Shown: positions 10,338 to 19,995, numbered from the stretch's first letter. The stretch is DNA of 55,388 nucleotides from an uncultured Eubacteriales bacterium (GCA_900550615.1 URSX01000001.1:1-55388); one strand, 5' to 3'. Made by a program: numbers and translations. The notes: generated by a model not told the origin, from the sequence alone.

Positions 10338-11229
10338 GAAGGATCGCTTGCGCCGCAGCATGATGTTCGTGCCCGGCAACAACCCCGGCATGATCCGGGA
10401 CGCCCAAATCTACGGCTCGGACTCCATCATGTTCGACCTGGAGGACAGCGTGGCCTATACCGAGAAGGACGCAGCCCGCTTTCTGGTGTATAACGCTCTG
10501 CGAACCCTGCATTTCGGCAAAAAAGAGATAGTGGTGCGCATCAACGACCTCTCCAGCGGTCTGGGCATTGAGGATCTGGAGGCTGTCGTCCGGGCCGGCG
10601 TGCAGGTGGTGCGCCTACCCAAAACCGACAGCGCGCAGGATGTCATCGACTGCGAGCGGGAGATCGAGCGCATCGAACGGGCCGCCGGTATCCCCGTGGG
10701 CACCACCGGCATGATGGCTGCCATCGAAAGCGCCAATGGCGTGCTGAACGCCGCGGAGATCGCCAAGGCCAGTGACCGCCTCATCGGTATCGCTTTAGGT
10801 GCAGAGGATTACGTCACCGACCTGAAAACTACCCGCAGCGACGGCATCGAGCTTCTCTTTGCCCGCTGCATGATCCTGAACGCTGCCCGGGCCGCCGGCA
10901 TCGCCGCGCTGGACACGGTGTTCTCCAATGTCAACGACGAGGAGGGCTTCATCGCTGAGGCCACACTCATCAAAAAGCTGGGCTTTGACGGCAAATCCGT
11001 CATTAATCCCCGTCAGATCGAGCCACTGCACAAGGTGTTCATGCCCAGCGAGAAGGATCTCAACAAGGCACGGGCCATTATGGAGGCCATTGCTGAGGCC
11101 AACGCACGAGGCAGCGGTGTGGCCAGCCTCAACGGCAAGATGATCGACAAGCCCGTGGTCAGCCGTGCCAAGCGGCTGCTGGAGCTGTATGAGGCCGGCA
11201 GCAAGGCCGACGAAGTGGAGGAGCTGTAA
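10330..11229 (+). CDS. citE: Citrate lyase beta subunit
   Basis: RRSMMFVPG, FDLEDSV, GAEDY, GFDGKSVINP. Confidence 0.92.
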   Translation: MYKKDRLRRSMMFVPGNNPGMIRDAQIYGSDSIMFDLEDSVAYTEKDAARFLVYNALRTLHFGKKEIVVRINDLSSGLGIEDLEAVVRAGVQVVRLPKTDSAQDVIDCEREIERIERAAGIPVGTTGMMAAIESANGVLNAAEIAKASDRLIGIALGAEDYVTDLKTTRSDGIELLFARCMILNAARAAGIAALDTVFSNVNDEEGFIAEATLIKKLGFDGKSVINPRQIEPLHKVFMPSEKDLNKARAIMEAIAEANARGSGVASLNGKMIDKPVVSRAKRLLELYEAGSKADEVEEL

Positions 11230-11230
11230 C

Positions 11231-12760
11231 ATGGTAGAACTGAATAAGATTCCCCATATCAACGAGATCAGCAACCACGGCGCGTTTGCCGGGGCCAGAG
11301 AGAAGAAAACCGCCACCTTCCGGGAGCGGTATCACCAGCAGAACAAGGTGGTTTCTTCCCTGGAGGAGGCCATTCGACGCACGGGACTGCGTGACGGCAT
11401 GACCATCAGCTTCCACCACCACTTCCGCAACGGCGACCACATCATCAACATGGTGGTGGATAAGCTGGCGGAGATGGGCTATAAGAACCTGACACTGGCG
11501 GCCTCCTCACTGGCCACCGTCCACGCACCACTGATTCAGCACATCAAAAACGGCGTTATCACCCATATCGAGACCTCCGGTCTCCGCGGCGAGCTGGCGG
11601 AGGAAATCTCCCGTGGTCTTATGGACTGCCCGGTGGTGTTCCGCTCCCACGGCGGACGGGCCAGCGCCATCCGCAGCGGTGATCTGCATATCGACGTGGC
11701 GTTTCTGGGCGCGCCCTCCTGTGACCCCTACGGCAACGCCAACGGTTACAGCCGGGACGATGACAATGGCATCGCCTGCGGCTCGCTGGGCTATGCCCGC
11801 ACTGACGCCAAGTATGCCGACAACGTGATCATCATCACCAACCATCTGGTGGCCTACCCCAACGCGCCGTGGGCCATCCCCGAATATGACGTGGACTATG
11901 TGGTGCTGACCGACGACATCGGCGATCCCAAGGGCATCATGTCCGGGGCCACCCGCTACACCAAGAATCCCAAGGAGCTGTTGATCGCCAAGACCGCCGC
12001 CAATGTCATTGAGGCCACCGGCTATCTCTACGATGGCTTCTCCATGCAGATGGGCAGCGGCGGCGCATCCCTGGCCACCGCCCGCTTCCTACGGCAGAAA
12101 ATGCTGGATCAGCACATCCACTGCCGCTTCGCACTGGGCGGCATCACCGGCCAAATCACCGCCATGCATGAGGAGGGCCTCATCGACCGCGTGCTGGACG
12201 TTCAGAGCTTCGATCTGGACGCGGCGCTGTCCCTGAAAAACAACCACTTCCACCACCAGATCGGCGCAACCTATTACGCCAGCCACATGATCAGCGCGGC
12301 GGTGGATCAGCTGGACTTTGTGGTCCTCTCTGCACTGGAAATCGACACGGATTTCAACGTCAACGTGCTGACCGGCTCTGATGGCGTGATCCGCGGCGCT
12401 ATCGGCGGCCATCCCGACACCGCTGAGGGTGCCAGCCTGTCGGTGGTGGTGGCACCGCTGACCCGTGGCCGTATTCCCACCATCGTCAAGCATGTCAACA
12501 CCGTGGTCACCCCTGGTGAGGTGGTGGATGTGGTGGTGACGGAGCAGGGCATTGCCGTAAACCCCCGGCGCCCCGATCTGAAGGAGAAGATCGAGGCCGC
12601 CGGATTGCATGTGTTTACCATCGAACAGCTGCAGCAGCGGGCTGAGGCGCTGGTGGGCGTACCCGAGCCCATCCGCTACAAGGATCGCATCGTGGGCGTG
12701 GTCATGTACCGCGACAACACTATCATCGACGTGGTGCACGAGATTGACGAGGATGCGTGA
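11231..12760 (+). CDS. citF: Citrate lyase alpha subunit / citrate CoA-transferase
   Basis: GMTISFHHHFRNGD, RSHGGR, GGHPDTA. Confidence 0.93.
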   Translation: MVELNKIPHINEISNHGAFAGAREKKTATFRERYHQQNKVVSSLEEAIRRTGLRDGMTISFHHHFRNGDHIINMVVDKLAEMGYKNLTLAASSLATVHAPLIQHIKNGVITHIETSGLRGELAEEISRGLMDCPVVFRSHGGRASAIRSGDLHIDVAFLGAPSCDPYGNANGYSRDDDNGIACGSLGYARTDAKYADNVIIITNHLVAYPNAPWAIPEYDVDYVVLTDDIGDPKGIMSGATRYTKNPKELLIAKTAANVIEATGYLYDGFSMQMGSGGASLATARFLRQKMLDQHIHCRFALGGITGQITAMHEEGLIDRVLDVQSFDLDAALSLKNNHFHHQIGATYYASHMISAAVDQLDFVVLSALEIDTDFNVNVLTGSDGVIRGAIGGHPDTAEGASLSVVVAPLTRGRIPTIVKHVNTVVTPGEVVDVVVTEQGIAVNPRRPDLKEKIEAAGLHVFTIEQLQQRAEALVGVPEPIRYKDRIVGVVMYRDNTIIDVVHEIDEDA

Positions 12761-13739
12761 ATTACTGCTATGCAAGGCCGTCCCTCCCCAGTGGGGGACG
12801 GCCTATGCCACTTTACTGACCGAAGGTGGTCTGCGTGATGAGGGCCACGCTGATATTACTGCCCTGCTGACGGAGGGCGGTATCCTGCTGGGCTGCGGCT
12901 CACTGGGCGGCAAGGTTATCCGTCAGGTAGCCGTCTCTCCCAACGCCGAGGGACAGGACATATGCGCCCGCATCGTCTCCGCGCTGGTGCAGGAGTCGGT
13001 AAAGCGGGGCGTTCTCTACCCGTTTCTGTTCACCAAGCCCCAAAACGCACGGCTGTTCCGCTCGCTTGGGTTCTATCCGGTGGCGGAGACGGCGGACATG
13101 GTGATGCTGTGCCGCCAGCGTGACGCGCTGGCGCGGTTTCTGGCGCCCCTGCCCCGTTGGCAGGAGGGCGTTATCGGCTGCGTGGTGTGCCATGCGAACC
13201 CCTTCACCAGAGGGCATCTGCATCTCATCACCACGGCATCGGCGCAGTGTGACCATATGCTGGTGTTCGTGGTAGCGGAGGAAGGCGGCCCCTTTCCTGC
13301 TGCTGACCGGCTGGCGCTGGTGCGGGAGGGGACGGCACATCTTCCTAACGTGACCGTATGCTCCGGCGGTGACTTTATAGTGAGCCGCTCTACCTTCCCT
13401 GCCTACTTTCTGCGGGATGAGCAGTCGGAGGATGCCCGGTGCGACCTGGATCTGACGCTGTTTGCCCGGCACATTGCCCCGGCCCTCCACATCGTCCGCC
13501 GCTTCGTCGGCGAGGAGCCCTTCTCCCCCACCACTGCCGCCTATAACCGCCGGATGAAGGAAATACTCCCCACTTACGGTGTTTCCGTCACGGAGATCCC
13601 CCGTTTGGAGAACATCTCCGCCACCGCTGTCCGCCGCCTTCTGGCGGAGGGGCGGCTTGCCGACATCCAACCACTTGTACCGGAGACTACCTATGCCTAT
13701 TGTCAACGTCACTTTGGAGGACGTCCTCCGCGCCCGTGA
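12753..13739 (+). CDS. citC: [Citrate lyase] ligase
   Basis: N-terminal GNAT-like part, ANPFTRGH, STFPAYF, RFVGEEP, ISATAVR. Confidence 0.88.
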   Translation: MRELLLCKAVPPQWGTAYATLLTEGGLRDEGHADITALLTEGGILLGCGSLGGKVIRQVAVSPNAEGQDICARIVSALVQESVKRGVLYPFLFTKPQNARLFRSLGFYPVAETADMVMLCRQRDALARFLAPLPRWQEGVIGCVVCHANPFTRGHLHLITTASAQCDHMLVFVVAEEGGPFPAADRLALVREGTAHLPNVTVCSGGDFIVSRSTFPAYFLRDEQSEDARCDLDLTLFARHIAPALHIVRRFVGEEPFSPTTAAYNRRMKEILPTYGVSVTEIPRLENISATAVRRLLAEGRLADIQPLVPETTYAYCQRHFGGRPPRP

Positions 13740-14967
13740 CACACGGGCGGATGCTCAGTGTCGGCTTTTGCGGACCTATCGCCTGCCGCTGGTATCCTTC
13801 ACTATGAATATCGCCGGACCGGTGAAGTCCTCTCCGCTGATCGCTTTGGCCTTCGACACGGGGCTGGAGGCCCTGTATGATGCATTGGGTCAGCCGATGG
13901 CAGCAGAGATCATCCGCCCCGCCACCGGCTGTGAGGCTTTGCTGGTGTATGACCGGCCGGCAGCGGAACTGAAAGCCGCCTGTCTGGCGCTGGAGACCGC
14001 CACACCTGTTGGGCGGCTGTATGATCTGGATGTGCTGGACACAGATGGCGACAAGCTGTCCCGCCTTGTGCAGCGCACCTGCCTTATCTGCGGCGGGCCG
14101 GTGACGGTCTGTTCCCGCAGCCGCGCCCATGGGCTGGACGCCATTGTGAACCGCACCCGCGAAATTCTGGTGGACTTCGCCGCCGGATATCTGGCCAGCC
14201 TGGCGGCAAAGGCACTGACGGAGGAAGTGCGACTGACCCCGAAGCCGGGACTGATAGACGAACGCAATAACGGTGCACACAGCGACATGGATCTTCCCCT
14301 GTTCCTGCGCAGCATCGACGCATTGACGCCCTGGTTGCGCCGGATCACGGCGATGAGCCTGTCTGGTGCGGATGCTGCCGCCTTACAGGCGGCAGGGCTG
14401 GAGGCCGAGGCGGCCATGTTCCGGGCCACCGGCGGTGTGAATACCCACAAGGGGGCGCTGTTCTCCTTTTCAGTGCTGCTGGCGGCGCTGGGCCGGTATC
14501 TAACGCAGGGCGGCGATGTGTTCGCCCATGCCGCCGCGTTGGCTGCGGAGCTGACGCCACCCCGGGACACCCACGGTGCGGCGGTAGCGCAGCGCCATCA
14601 GGTGGGCGGCGCACGAGCGGAAGTGCTGGCAGGCTTCCCCACCGCCCGGAAGGCCGCCGAACTGCTGCAAACCCACGATCCCCTGACGGCGCTCCTCTGG
14701 CTGATGGCCCACACGGAGGATACCAATCTTTATCATCGAGGCGGTGCCGAGGGCGCGGCCTTTGTAAAGGAGCAGGCTGCCGCCATTCTGGCCACGCCGC
14801 CGGAGCAGCGCGTCGCGCTGACACAGGCGCTGGACGATGCCCTCATCGACCGTTGGCTCAGCCCCGGCGGCAGTGCCGATCTGCTGGCGCTGGCGCTGTT
14901 CATAGACAAGCTTCCCCGTTGGTTTATGCGCTCTACCTGGGCAAATCCTCAGCCCATGGGGAACTGA
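13693..14967 (+). CDS. citXG: Fused holo-ACP synthase / triphosphoribosyl-dephospho-CoA synthase
   Basis: CitX motifs (NIAGPVK, GRLYDLDV, RTCLIC) followed by CitG motifs (TPKPGL, GVNTHKG, SPGGSADL). Confidence 0.88.
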   Translation: MPIVNVTLEDVLRARDTRADAQCRLLRTYRLPLVSFTMNIAGPVKSSPLIALAFDTGLEALYDALGQPMAAEIIRPATGCEALLVYDRPAAELKAACLALETATPVGRLYDLDVLDTDGDKLSRLVQRTCLICGGPVTVCSRSRAHGLDAIVNRTREILVDFAAGYLASLAAKALTEEVRLTPKPGLIDERNNGAHSDMDLPLFLRSIDALTPWLRRITAMSLSGADAAALQAAGLEAEAAMFRATGGVNTHKGALFSFSVLLAALGRYLTQGGDVFAHAAALAAELTPPRDTHGAAVAQRHQVGGARAEVLAGFPTARKAAELLQTHDPLTALLWLMAHTEDTNLYHRGGAEGAAFVKEQAAAILATPPEQRVALTQALDDALIDRWLSPGGSADLLALALFIDKLPRWFMRSTWANPQPMGN

Positions 14968-15027
14968 AAAAACTGATGCCCTGATGTCTGGCAGTCTGGC
15001 ACCGGGAACATACACAGAAATGAATGA

Positions 15028-15059
15028 ACGGCAGAGCCCTACAAATGGGGCTCTGCCGT
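15028..15059 (+). terminator. Stem-loop after the cit operon
   Basis: ACGGCAGAGCCC / GGGCTCTGCCGT inverted repeat; weak U tail. Confidence 0.6.
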
Positions 15060-15093
15060 AACATATTGTATCATGGATGCAGCACTCCCCCAT

Positions 15094-15123
15094 GTATAGG
15101 AAAAAGCAAAACCGCGGAAAATA
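15094..15123 (+). promoter_or_regulatory. Putative forespore sigmaF/sigmaG-type promoter
   Basis: GTATA-N15-GCGGAAAATA against the sigmaF consensus GYATA-N15-GGnnAnAnTW; upstream of the small ORF and recombinase. Confidence 0.45.
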
Positions 15124-15143
15124 TAGGAGAAGGGGGATTGCCT

Positions 15144-15440
15144 GTGGAGATTTTTGTGCAGGAGCAAGGGAAACTGGTAACGGTCTGGCTGACCCGGAAA
15201 GAGCAGGAGGACAGCGCCCTTCGGGAGCGGCTCAAATTGCTTTACGCCGGATATGCAGAGAAAAAATACATGGTTGCGGAGTTTCACTCCGGCGGAGAAG
15301 AATTATACCGCAACACCAGGGATCTGCTGCTCTATAATCGTCGCAAGCTGGCAGAAGCGGAGGTACAGCGGGAAAAGCTGGCTGTCCTGCCAGGGAATAC
15401 CGGTAGCCAACGGCGCCGTTCCATCGTACAATGGGAGTAA
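15144..15440 (+). CDS. Small hypothetical protein coupled to the recombinase (RDF candidate)
   Basis: GTG start after GA-rich RBS; overlaps the recombinase start by 10 nt. Confidence 0.6.
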   Translation: MEIFVQEQGKLVTVWLTRKEQEDSALRERLKLLYAGYAEKKYMVAEFHSGGEELYRNTRDLLLYNRRKLAEAEVQREKLAVLPGNTGSQRRRSIVQWE

Positions 15441-17623
15441 AAACAGAGCAAAAGGATGTGGCAGCATTGACAGAGATTTTTGATATTGCGGGATATGCCC
15501 GAATTTCCTTTGAGGATGACGACATCAAGGATAAGGACAACACATCCATCGAAAACCAGAAAGCGATCATTACGGACTTCGTCCATCGGAAGTTCCCCGG
15601 CTCTCGGCTGACCTTCTACGAGGATCGGGATCGCAGCGGCTATACCTTCGAGACCCGGGAGAACTACCAGCGAATGCGCCAGGACATGATGACCCACAAA
15701 ATCGGCATTCTGGTGGTGAAGGACTTTTCCCGTTTTTCCCGCCGTAACTCCCGGGGCCTTGTGGAGCTGGAGGATCTCCGGGATGCGGGGGTGCGGATCA
15801 TTTCCATCGGAGATAACATTGACTACCCCAACGATGACGATTGGCTGAAAATTCAGTTTCAGTTTCTCATCAATGAAATGCCCGTCACGGATACCAGCAA
15901 AAAGGTGCGCAATGTAATCCGGCGGCGGCAGGAGGACGGAAAGTGGATATGTGCCGCTCCCTACGGCTACATCGTGAATCTGCGGAAGGAATTTGAACTT
16001 GTCCCCACGGAGGCGGATGTGGTGCGGAGGATTTTTCGGCTCTACAACGAGGAGGGCTGGGGCTATAAGAAAATCGCAAACCACCTGACGGAGCAGGGGA
16101 TTCCCACGCCGAGGATGTCGGAAAAGCAGAGAAAGGATGCCATGGGGCAAGACAATAAAATTCGGGCAAAGGCCGCTTGGAGCATTGTTTCCGTTCAGGG
16201 GATTCTGGACAACGATTTTTACATTGGCACCTTCCGGGCACATAAATATACCCGAAGGAAAATCAACGGATCGGACATCCGGTTGGACGCCGGGGACAAT
16301 GTGGTCATTGAGAACCACCACCAGCCCATCATTGACTATCGCACCTTCGCCACCACCCGGGCCCTCCGGGAAAAGCGCTCCCGAAGCAACTACCGGGGTG
16401 TGAAAAAGTATGACAATGTGTATTCAGGCTTTTTGGAATGTGGGGACTGCGGCAGTCCCATGTTTTCCATGAGCCGCAGCGACATAAAGCCCGCCTACAC
16501 CTGCGGCACCTATCACCGCCGGGGACGCTCCGGCTGCACCAGCCACCACATTCGGGTTGACCGGCTGGACGCGCTGATGAAGCTCTATGTGGAAAAGGTG
16601 ATGAAAAATGCCGCCTCCATGCTGGAGCAGTTGAACGGAGATCTTGCCCGGGAGCAGGAGCAGGTGGAGGAGACGGAAATCTCCGCCGACCGGCTGAATA
16701 CGGTACTGGATGACCTTCTGGAAGAACTGAAAATCACCAAGCGCCAGCGCATCCGTGAGATCATGAAGCGCCCCGAACAAGAGACGCTGATTGAGGAGAC
16801 CTATGATGAATTAGAGGCGGAGCTTCAGAAGAAGATCGAGGGCATTCGCCATCAGATCGACATGATTGCCGACAGGCGCAACACCATCCTTCGGGTGAAT
16901 CGGGCGGGAAAGCTTGCGCTGGAGGTGTTTCAGGATATCCTGAACAAGGAAAAGCTGGAGCGGAACGATCTGGAGCTGATGATTGAAAAAATCAGAGTCT
17001 ATGAGGATCACTTGGAAATCCGACTCCGCTCCGACATTGACGGCCTCATTCGCTGTGAATCCCTGGAGACGGCCGTAAATTTTAATTCCGGCACGGAAAA
17101 TATCGAAACGACGCTGATCCAGTCCTCCCAAAACCGTGAGGACAAGGTTTTCCGTGTCCATGTTATCAGTAACGGCGACCCGTTGGAGATCTTCACCACG
17201 CGGGACGGAGAGGTAATCTTTAAAAAATATTCTCTCATCGGCGGGCTGGAGGACTTCGCGGCGCAGTTCTGCGACACGCTGGCCCACTCCTCTGAATTCA
17301 CAGCCGTTATCACCGACCGGGACAATGTCATCGCCACTGCAGGCCCCGGCAAGCGGGAGCTTATCGGCCGCGCGCTCTCTCCGGATATGGAGCAGCTGAT
17401 GGAGGGGCGCGGCATTTACCAGCGGCAGCCCCGGGATCCCGCCCTGCCCGTATGCGCAGACAACAGCCACCTGCTGGCTGCCACCGCCGCGCCCATTCTC
17501 TGCCAAGGGGACGTGCTGGGGCTGGTGCTGTTCGCGGCAGAGGCGGGACAGTACCCCGGCGAGAGCGAATACAAGCTGGCTCAGACCGTTGCGGCCTTTT
17601 TAGGCCGGCACATGGAGAGCTGA
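15431..17623 (+). CDS. Large serine recombinase fused in frame to the 3' part of SpoVT
   Basis: YARIS catalytic Ser, KDFSRFSR, APYGY, zinc ribbon CGDC..C..C, coiled coil; from 17174 GDPLEIF...EVIFKKYS...AAFLGRHMES matches SpoVT. Confidence 0.85.
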   Translation: MGVKTEQKDVAALTEIFDIAGYARISFEDDDIKDKDNTSIENQKAIITDFVHRKFPGSRLTFYEDRDRSGYTFETRENYQRMRQDMMTHKIGILVVKDFSRFSRRNSRGLVELEDLRDAGVRIISIGDNIDYPNDDDWLKIQFQFLINEMPVTDTSKKVRNVIRRRQEDGKWICAAPYGYIVNLRKEFELVPTEADVVRRIFRLYNEEGWGYKKIANHLTEQGIPTPRMSEKQRKDAMGQDNKIRAKAAWSIVSVQGILDNDFYIGTFRAHKYTRRKINGSDIRLDAGDNVVIENHHQPIIDYRTFATTRALREKRSRSNYRGVKKYDNVYSGFLECGDCGSPMFSMSRSDIKPAYTCGTYHRRGRSGCTSHHIRVDRLDALMKLYVEKVMKNAASMLEQLNGDLAREQEQVEETEISADRLNTVLDDLLEELKITKRQRIREIMKRPEQETLIEETYDELEAELQKKIEGIRHQIDMIADRRNTILRVNRAGKLALEVFQDILNKEKLERNDLELMIEKIRVYEDHLEIRLRSDIDGLIRCESLETAVNFNSGTENIETTLIQSSQNREDKVFRVHVISNGDPLEIFTTRDGEVIFKKYSLIGGLEDFAAQFCDTLAHSSEFTAVITDRDNVIATAGPGKRELIGRALSPDMEQLMEGRGIYQRQPRDPALPVCADNSHLLAATAAPILCQGDVLGLVLFAAEAGQYPGESEYKLAQTVAAFLGRHMES
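17174..17623 (+). pseudogene. spoVT: 3' portion of an interrupted spoVT (end of AbrB-like domain plus GAF domain)
   Basis: Colinear with SpoVT from GDPLEIF to the terminal AAFLxRxME; the MKATGIVRRIDDLGR start is absent from the window. Confidence 0.85.
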
Positions 17624-17665
17624 TGCTGCAGCCTGACCCAGGACATGGATAAATAAACAAACACA

Positions 17666-17704
17666 GTGGCCGTCCCCCGGCTATACCGGGAGACGGCCGC
17701 TTTT
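17666..17704 (+). terminator. Intrinsic terminator after spoVT
   Basis: GGCCGTC-CCCGG / CCGGG-GACGGCC stem followed by TTTT. Confidence 0.75.
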
Positions 17705-17713
17705 GATACTCAG

Positions 17714-17746
17714 AAAAAGGCGGGAGAAAACCTTCTCCCGCCTTTT
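17714..17746 (-). terminator. Intrinsic terminator of the nfn operon (possibly bidirectional)
   Basis: AAAAGGCGGGAGAA / TTCTCCCGCCTTTT. Confidence 0.75.
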
Positions 17747-17759
17747 GTTATGTATTGGC

Positions 17760-19151
17760 TTACTTGCTCAGGTACTCGTCGATAGACTTGGCACCCAGCT
17801 TGCCGGCGCCCATGGCCAGGATGACGGTGGCAGCACCGGTGACGGCATCGCCGCCGGCGTACACGCCCTCACGGGAGGTGAGGCCATCCTCGTTGACGAT
17901 GATACAGCCCTTCTTATTGACCTCCAGGCCCTTGGTGGTGGACTTGATCAGGGGGTTGGGGGTGGTGCCCAAGGACATGATGACGGCATCCACAGGAAGC
18001 TCAAACTCGCTGCCCTTCTTCTCCACGGGACGGCGGCGGCCGGAGGCATCCGGCTCACCCAGCTCCATCTCGATGCAGGTCATGGACTTGACGCAATCCT
18101 GCTCGTCGCCATTGATCTGGACGGGGTTATTGAGGGTCTTGAAGATGACGCCCTCTTCGATGGCGTGCTCCACCTCCTCGTGACGGGCGGGAAGCTCCTC
18201 CATACCGCGGCGGTACACCACATACACCTCGGCGCCCAGGCGCTTGGAGCAGCGGGCGGCGTCCATGGCCACATTGCCGCCGCCGACCACGGCCACCTTC
18301 TTGCCCTCCAGGGCCATGATGGGGGTGTCGGAGTCGGGCTTATAGGCCTTCATGAGGTTGATACGGGTGAGGAACTCATTGGCGGAATACACGCCCTTGA
18401 GGTTCTCGCCGGGGATGTGCATGAACATGGGCAGGCCTGCGCCGGAGCCCACGAACACGGCCTCAAAGCCATTCTCCTCCAGCAGCTCGTCAATGGTGAT
18501 GGTGCGGCCCACGACGATGTTGGTCTCCACCTTCACGCCCATGGCCTTGAGCCCGTCCACTTCCTTCTGCACAATGGTCTTGGGCAGACGGAACTCGGGG
18601 ATGCCGTACACCAGCACGCCGCCGGCCAGATGCAGGGCCTCGTACACGGTGACGTCATAGCCCTTCTTGGCCAGGTCGCCGGCGCAGGTGAGGCCGGCAG
18701 GGCCGGAGCCGACAACAGCTACCTTATGGCCGTTGGACTGGGGCTTTTCGGGGGCCTCGGTGCTGTGGGCGTTGTGCCAGTCGGCCACAAAACGCTCCAG
18801 GCGGCCGATGCCCACGGCCTCGCCCTTCTTGCCCCGGACGCAGTGCATCTCGCACTGGCTCTCCTGGGGGCAGACGCGGCCGCATACGGCGGGCAGGGAG
18901 CTGGTCTGATGAATCACCTGATAGGCGCCCTCATAGTCCTTTTCCACGATCTTCTGAATGAACTCGGGGATACGGACGTTCACGGGGCAGCCGTTTACAC
19001 AGGGGTGGGCCTTGCAGTTGAGGCACCGGGCGGCCTCATCCAGGGCCTGCTCCTCGGTGTAGCCCAGGGCCACCTCCAGAAAGTTATGATTGCGGACGTT
19101 GGGGTCCTGAGAAGGCATAGGATTCTTGTCCTGACGCATATTCACAGCCAT
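17760..19151 (-). CDS. nfnB: NfnB / GltD-like NADPH-dependent oxidoreductase large subunit
   Basis: RCLNC..CVNGCP and CGRVCPQESQC Fe-S motifs, GSGPAG, GGGNVAMD. Confidence 0.85.
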   Translation of the reverse strand: MAVNMRQDKNPMPSQDPNVRNHNFLEVALGYTEEQALDEAARCLNCKAHPCVNGCPVNVRIPEFIQKIVEKDYEGAYQVIHQTSSLPAVCGRVCPQESQCEMHCVRGKKGEAVGIGRLERFVADWHNAHSTEAPEKPQSNGHKVAVVGSGPAGLTCAGDLAKKGYDVTVYEALHLAGGVLVYGIPEFRLPKTIVQKEVDGLKAMGVKVETNIVVGRTITIDELLEENGFEAVFVGSGAGLPMFMHIPGENLKGVYSANEFLTRINLMKAYKPDSDTPIMALEGKKVAVVGGGNVAMDAARCSKRLGAEVYVVYRRGMEELPARHEEVEHAIEEGVIFKTLNNPVQINGDEQDCVKSMTCIEMELGEPDASGRRRPVEKKGSEFELPVDAVIMSLGTTPNPLIKSTTKGLEVNKKGCIIVNEDGLTSREGVYAGGDAVTGAATVILAMGAGKLGAKSIDEYLSK

Positions 19152-19152
19152 G

Positions 19153-19995
19153 TTACTTTACCTCCTTCTGAAAGAGGTTGCAGACCTCTTCATGCTTGTG
19201 TACCTCAAAGTCGTGATACATCTGGTTGCGCTTGACAGCCAGATCCCAATCTACCTTGTGGCCGTCAAAGTCGGGGCCGTCCACGCAGGCGAACTTGGTC
19301 TCACCGCCCACGGTCAGGCGGCAGCCGCCGCACATGCCGGTGCCGTCGATCATGATGGGGCTCATGGAGACGGTGGTGGGCACGCCGTAGGGCTCGGTGG
19401 TCTTGCTGACGAACTTCATCATGACCATGGGGCCGATGGCGAAGATCTCATCATACACATTACCCGCATCCAGCAGCTCCTTCAAAGCCTCGGTGACAAG
19501 GCCCTTCTGGCCGTAGGAGCCGTCGTCGGTGCAGACCTTCAGCACGGAGGAGACGGCCCGGAACTTATCCTCCAGGATCACAACATCCTTATTCTTAAAG
19601 CCCACCACGGCGTGGACCTCAGCCCCGCAGTCGTGGAACTTCTTCAGCACGGGGTACGCAATGGCGCAGCCGACACCGCCGCCCACCACGCAGACCTTCT
19701 TCTTGCCCTCGGTCTCGGTGGGCTTGCCCAAGGGGCCCACGAAGTCATGGAGGCAGTCGCCCTGCTGCTTGTGGCTGAGCTTTTCCGTGGTAGCGCCCAC
19801 GGTCTGCACGATGATGGTGACGGTGCCCTTCTCCCGGTCGTAGTCATGGATGGTGATGGGGATCCGCTCGCCGTTTTCATCCACCCGCAGGATAATAAAC
19901 TGGCCGGGCTGGGCCTTCTTGGCCACCATGGGGGCCTCGATCTCATACAGGATTACGGTCGGCTTCAAGGCTGTTTTCGTAACAATGCGATACAT
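19153..19995 (-). CDS. nfnA: NfnA-like FAD/[2Fe-2S] subunit
   Basis: PGQFIILR, GPLG, DGTGMCGGCR...CVDGP; adjacent to nfnB. Confidence 0.85.
   Translation of the reverse strand: MYRIVTKTALKPTVILYEIEAPMVAKKAQPGQFIILRVDENGERIPITIHDYDREKGTVTIIVQTVGATTEKLSHKQQGDCLHDFVGPLGKPTETEGKKKVCVVGGGVGCAIAYPVLKKFHDCGAEVHAVVGFKNKDVVILEDKFRAVSSVLKVCTDDGSYGQKGLVTEALKELLDAGNVYDEIFAIGPMVMMKFVSKTTEPYGVPTTVSMSPIMIDGTGMCGGCRLTVGGETKFACVDGPDFDGHKVDWDLAVKRNQMYHDFEVHKHEEVCNLFQKEVK

Larger units (their letters stand above)
1..17180. mobile_element. Right part of a putative integrative element inserted in spoVT; left end outside the window
   Basis: Recombinase-to-spoVT junction near 17174, accessory cargo, IS remnants, lower GC over 1-10 kb; the left extent is inferred. 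Confidence 0.55.

Noticed and set aside
17760..19151. Glutamate synthase call
   Set aside because: No large subunit nearby; pairing with an NfnA-like gene fits the NfnAB transhydrogenase better
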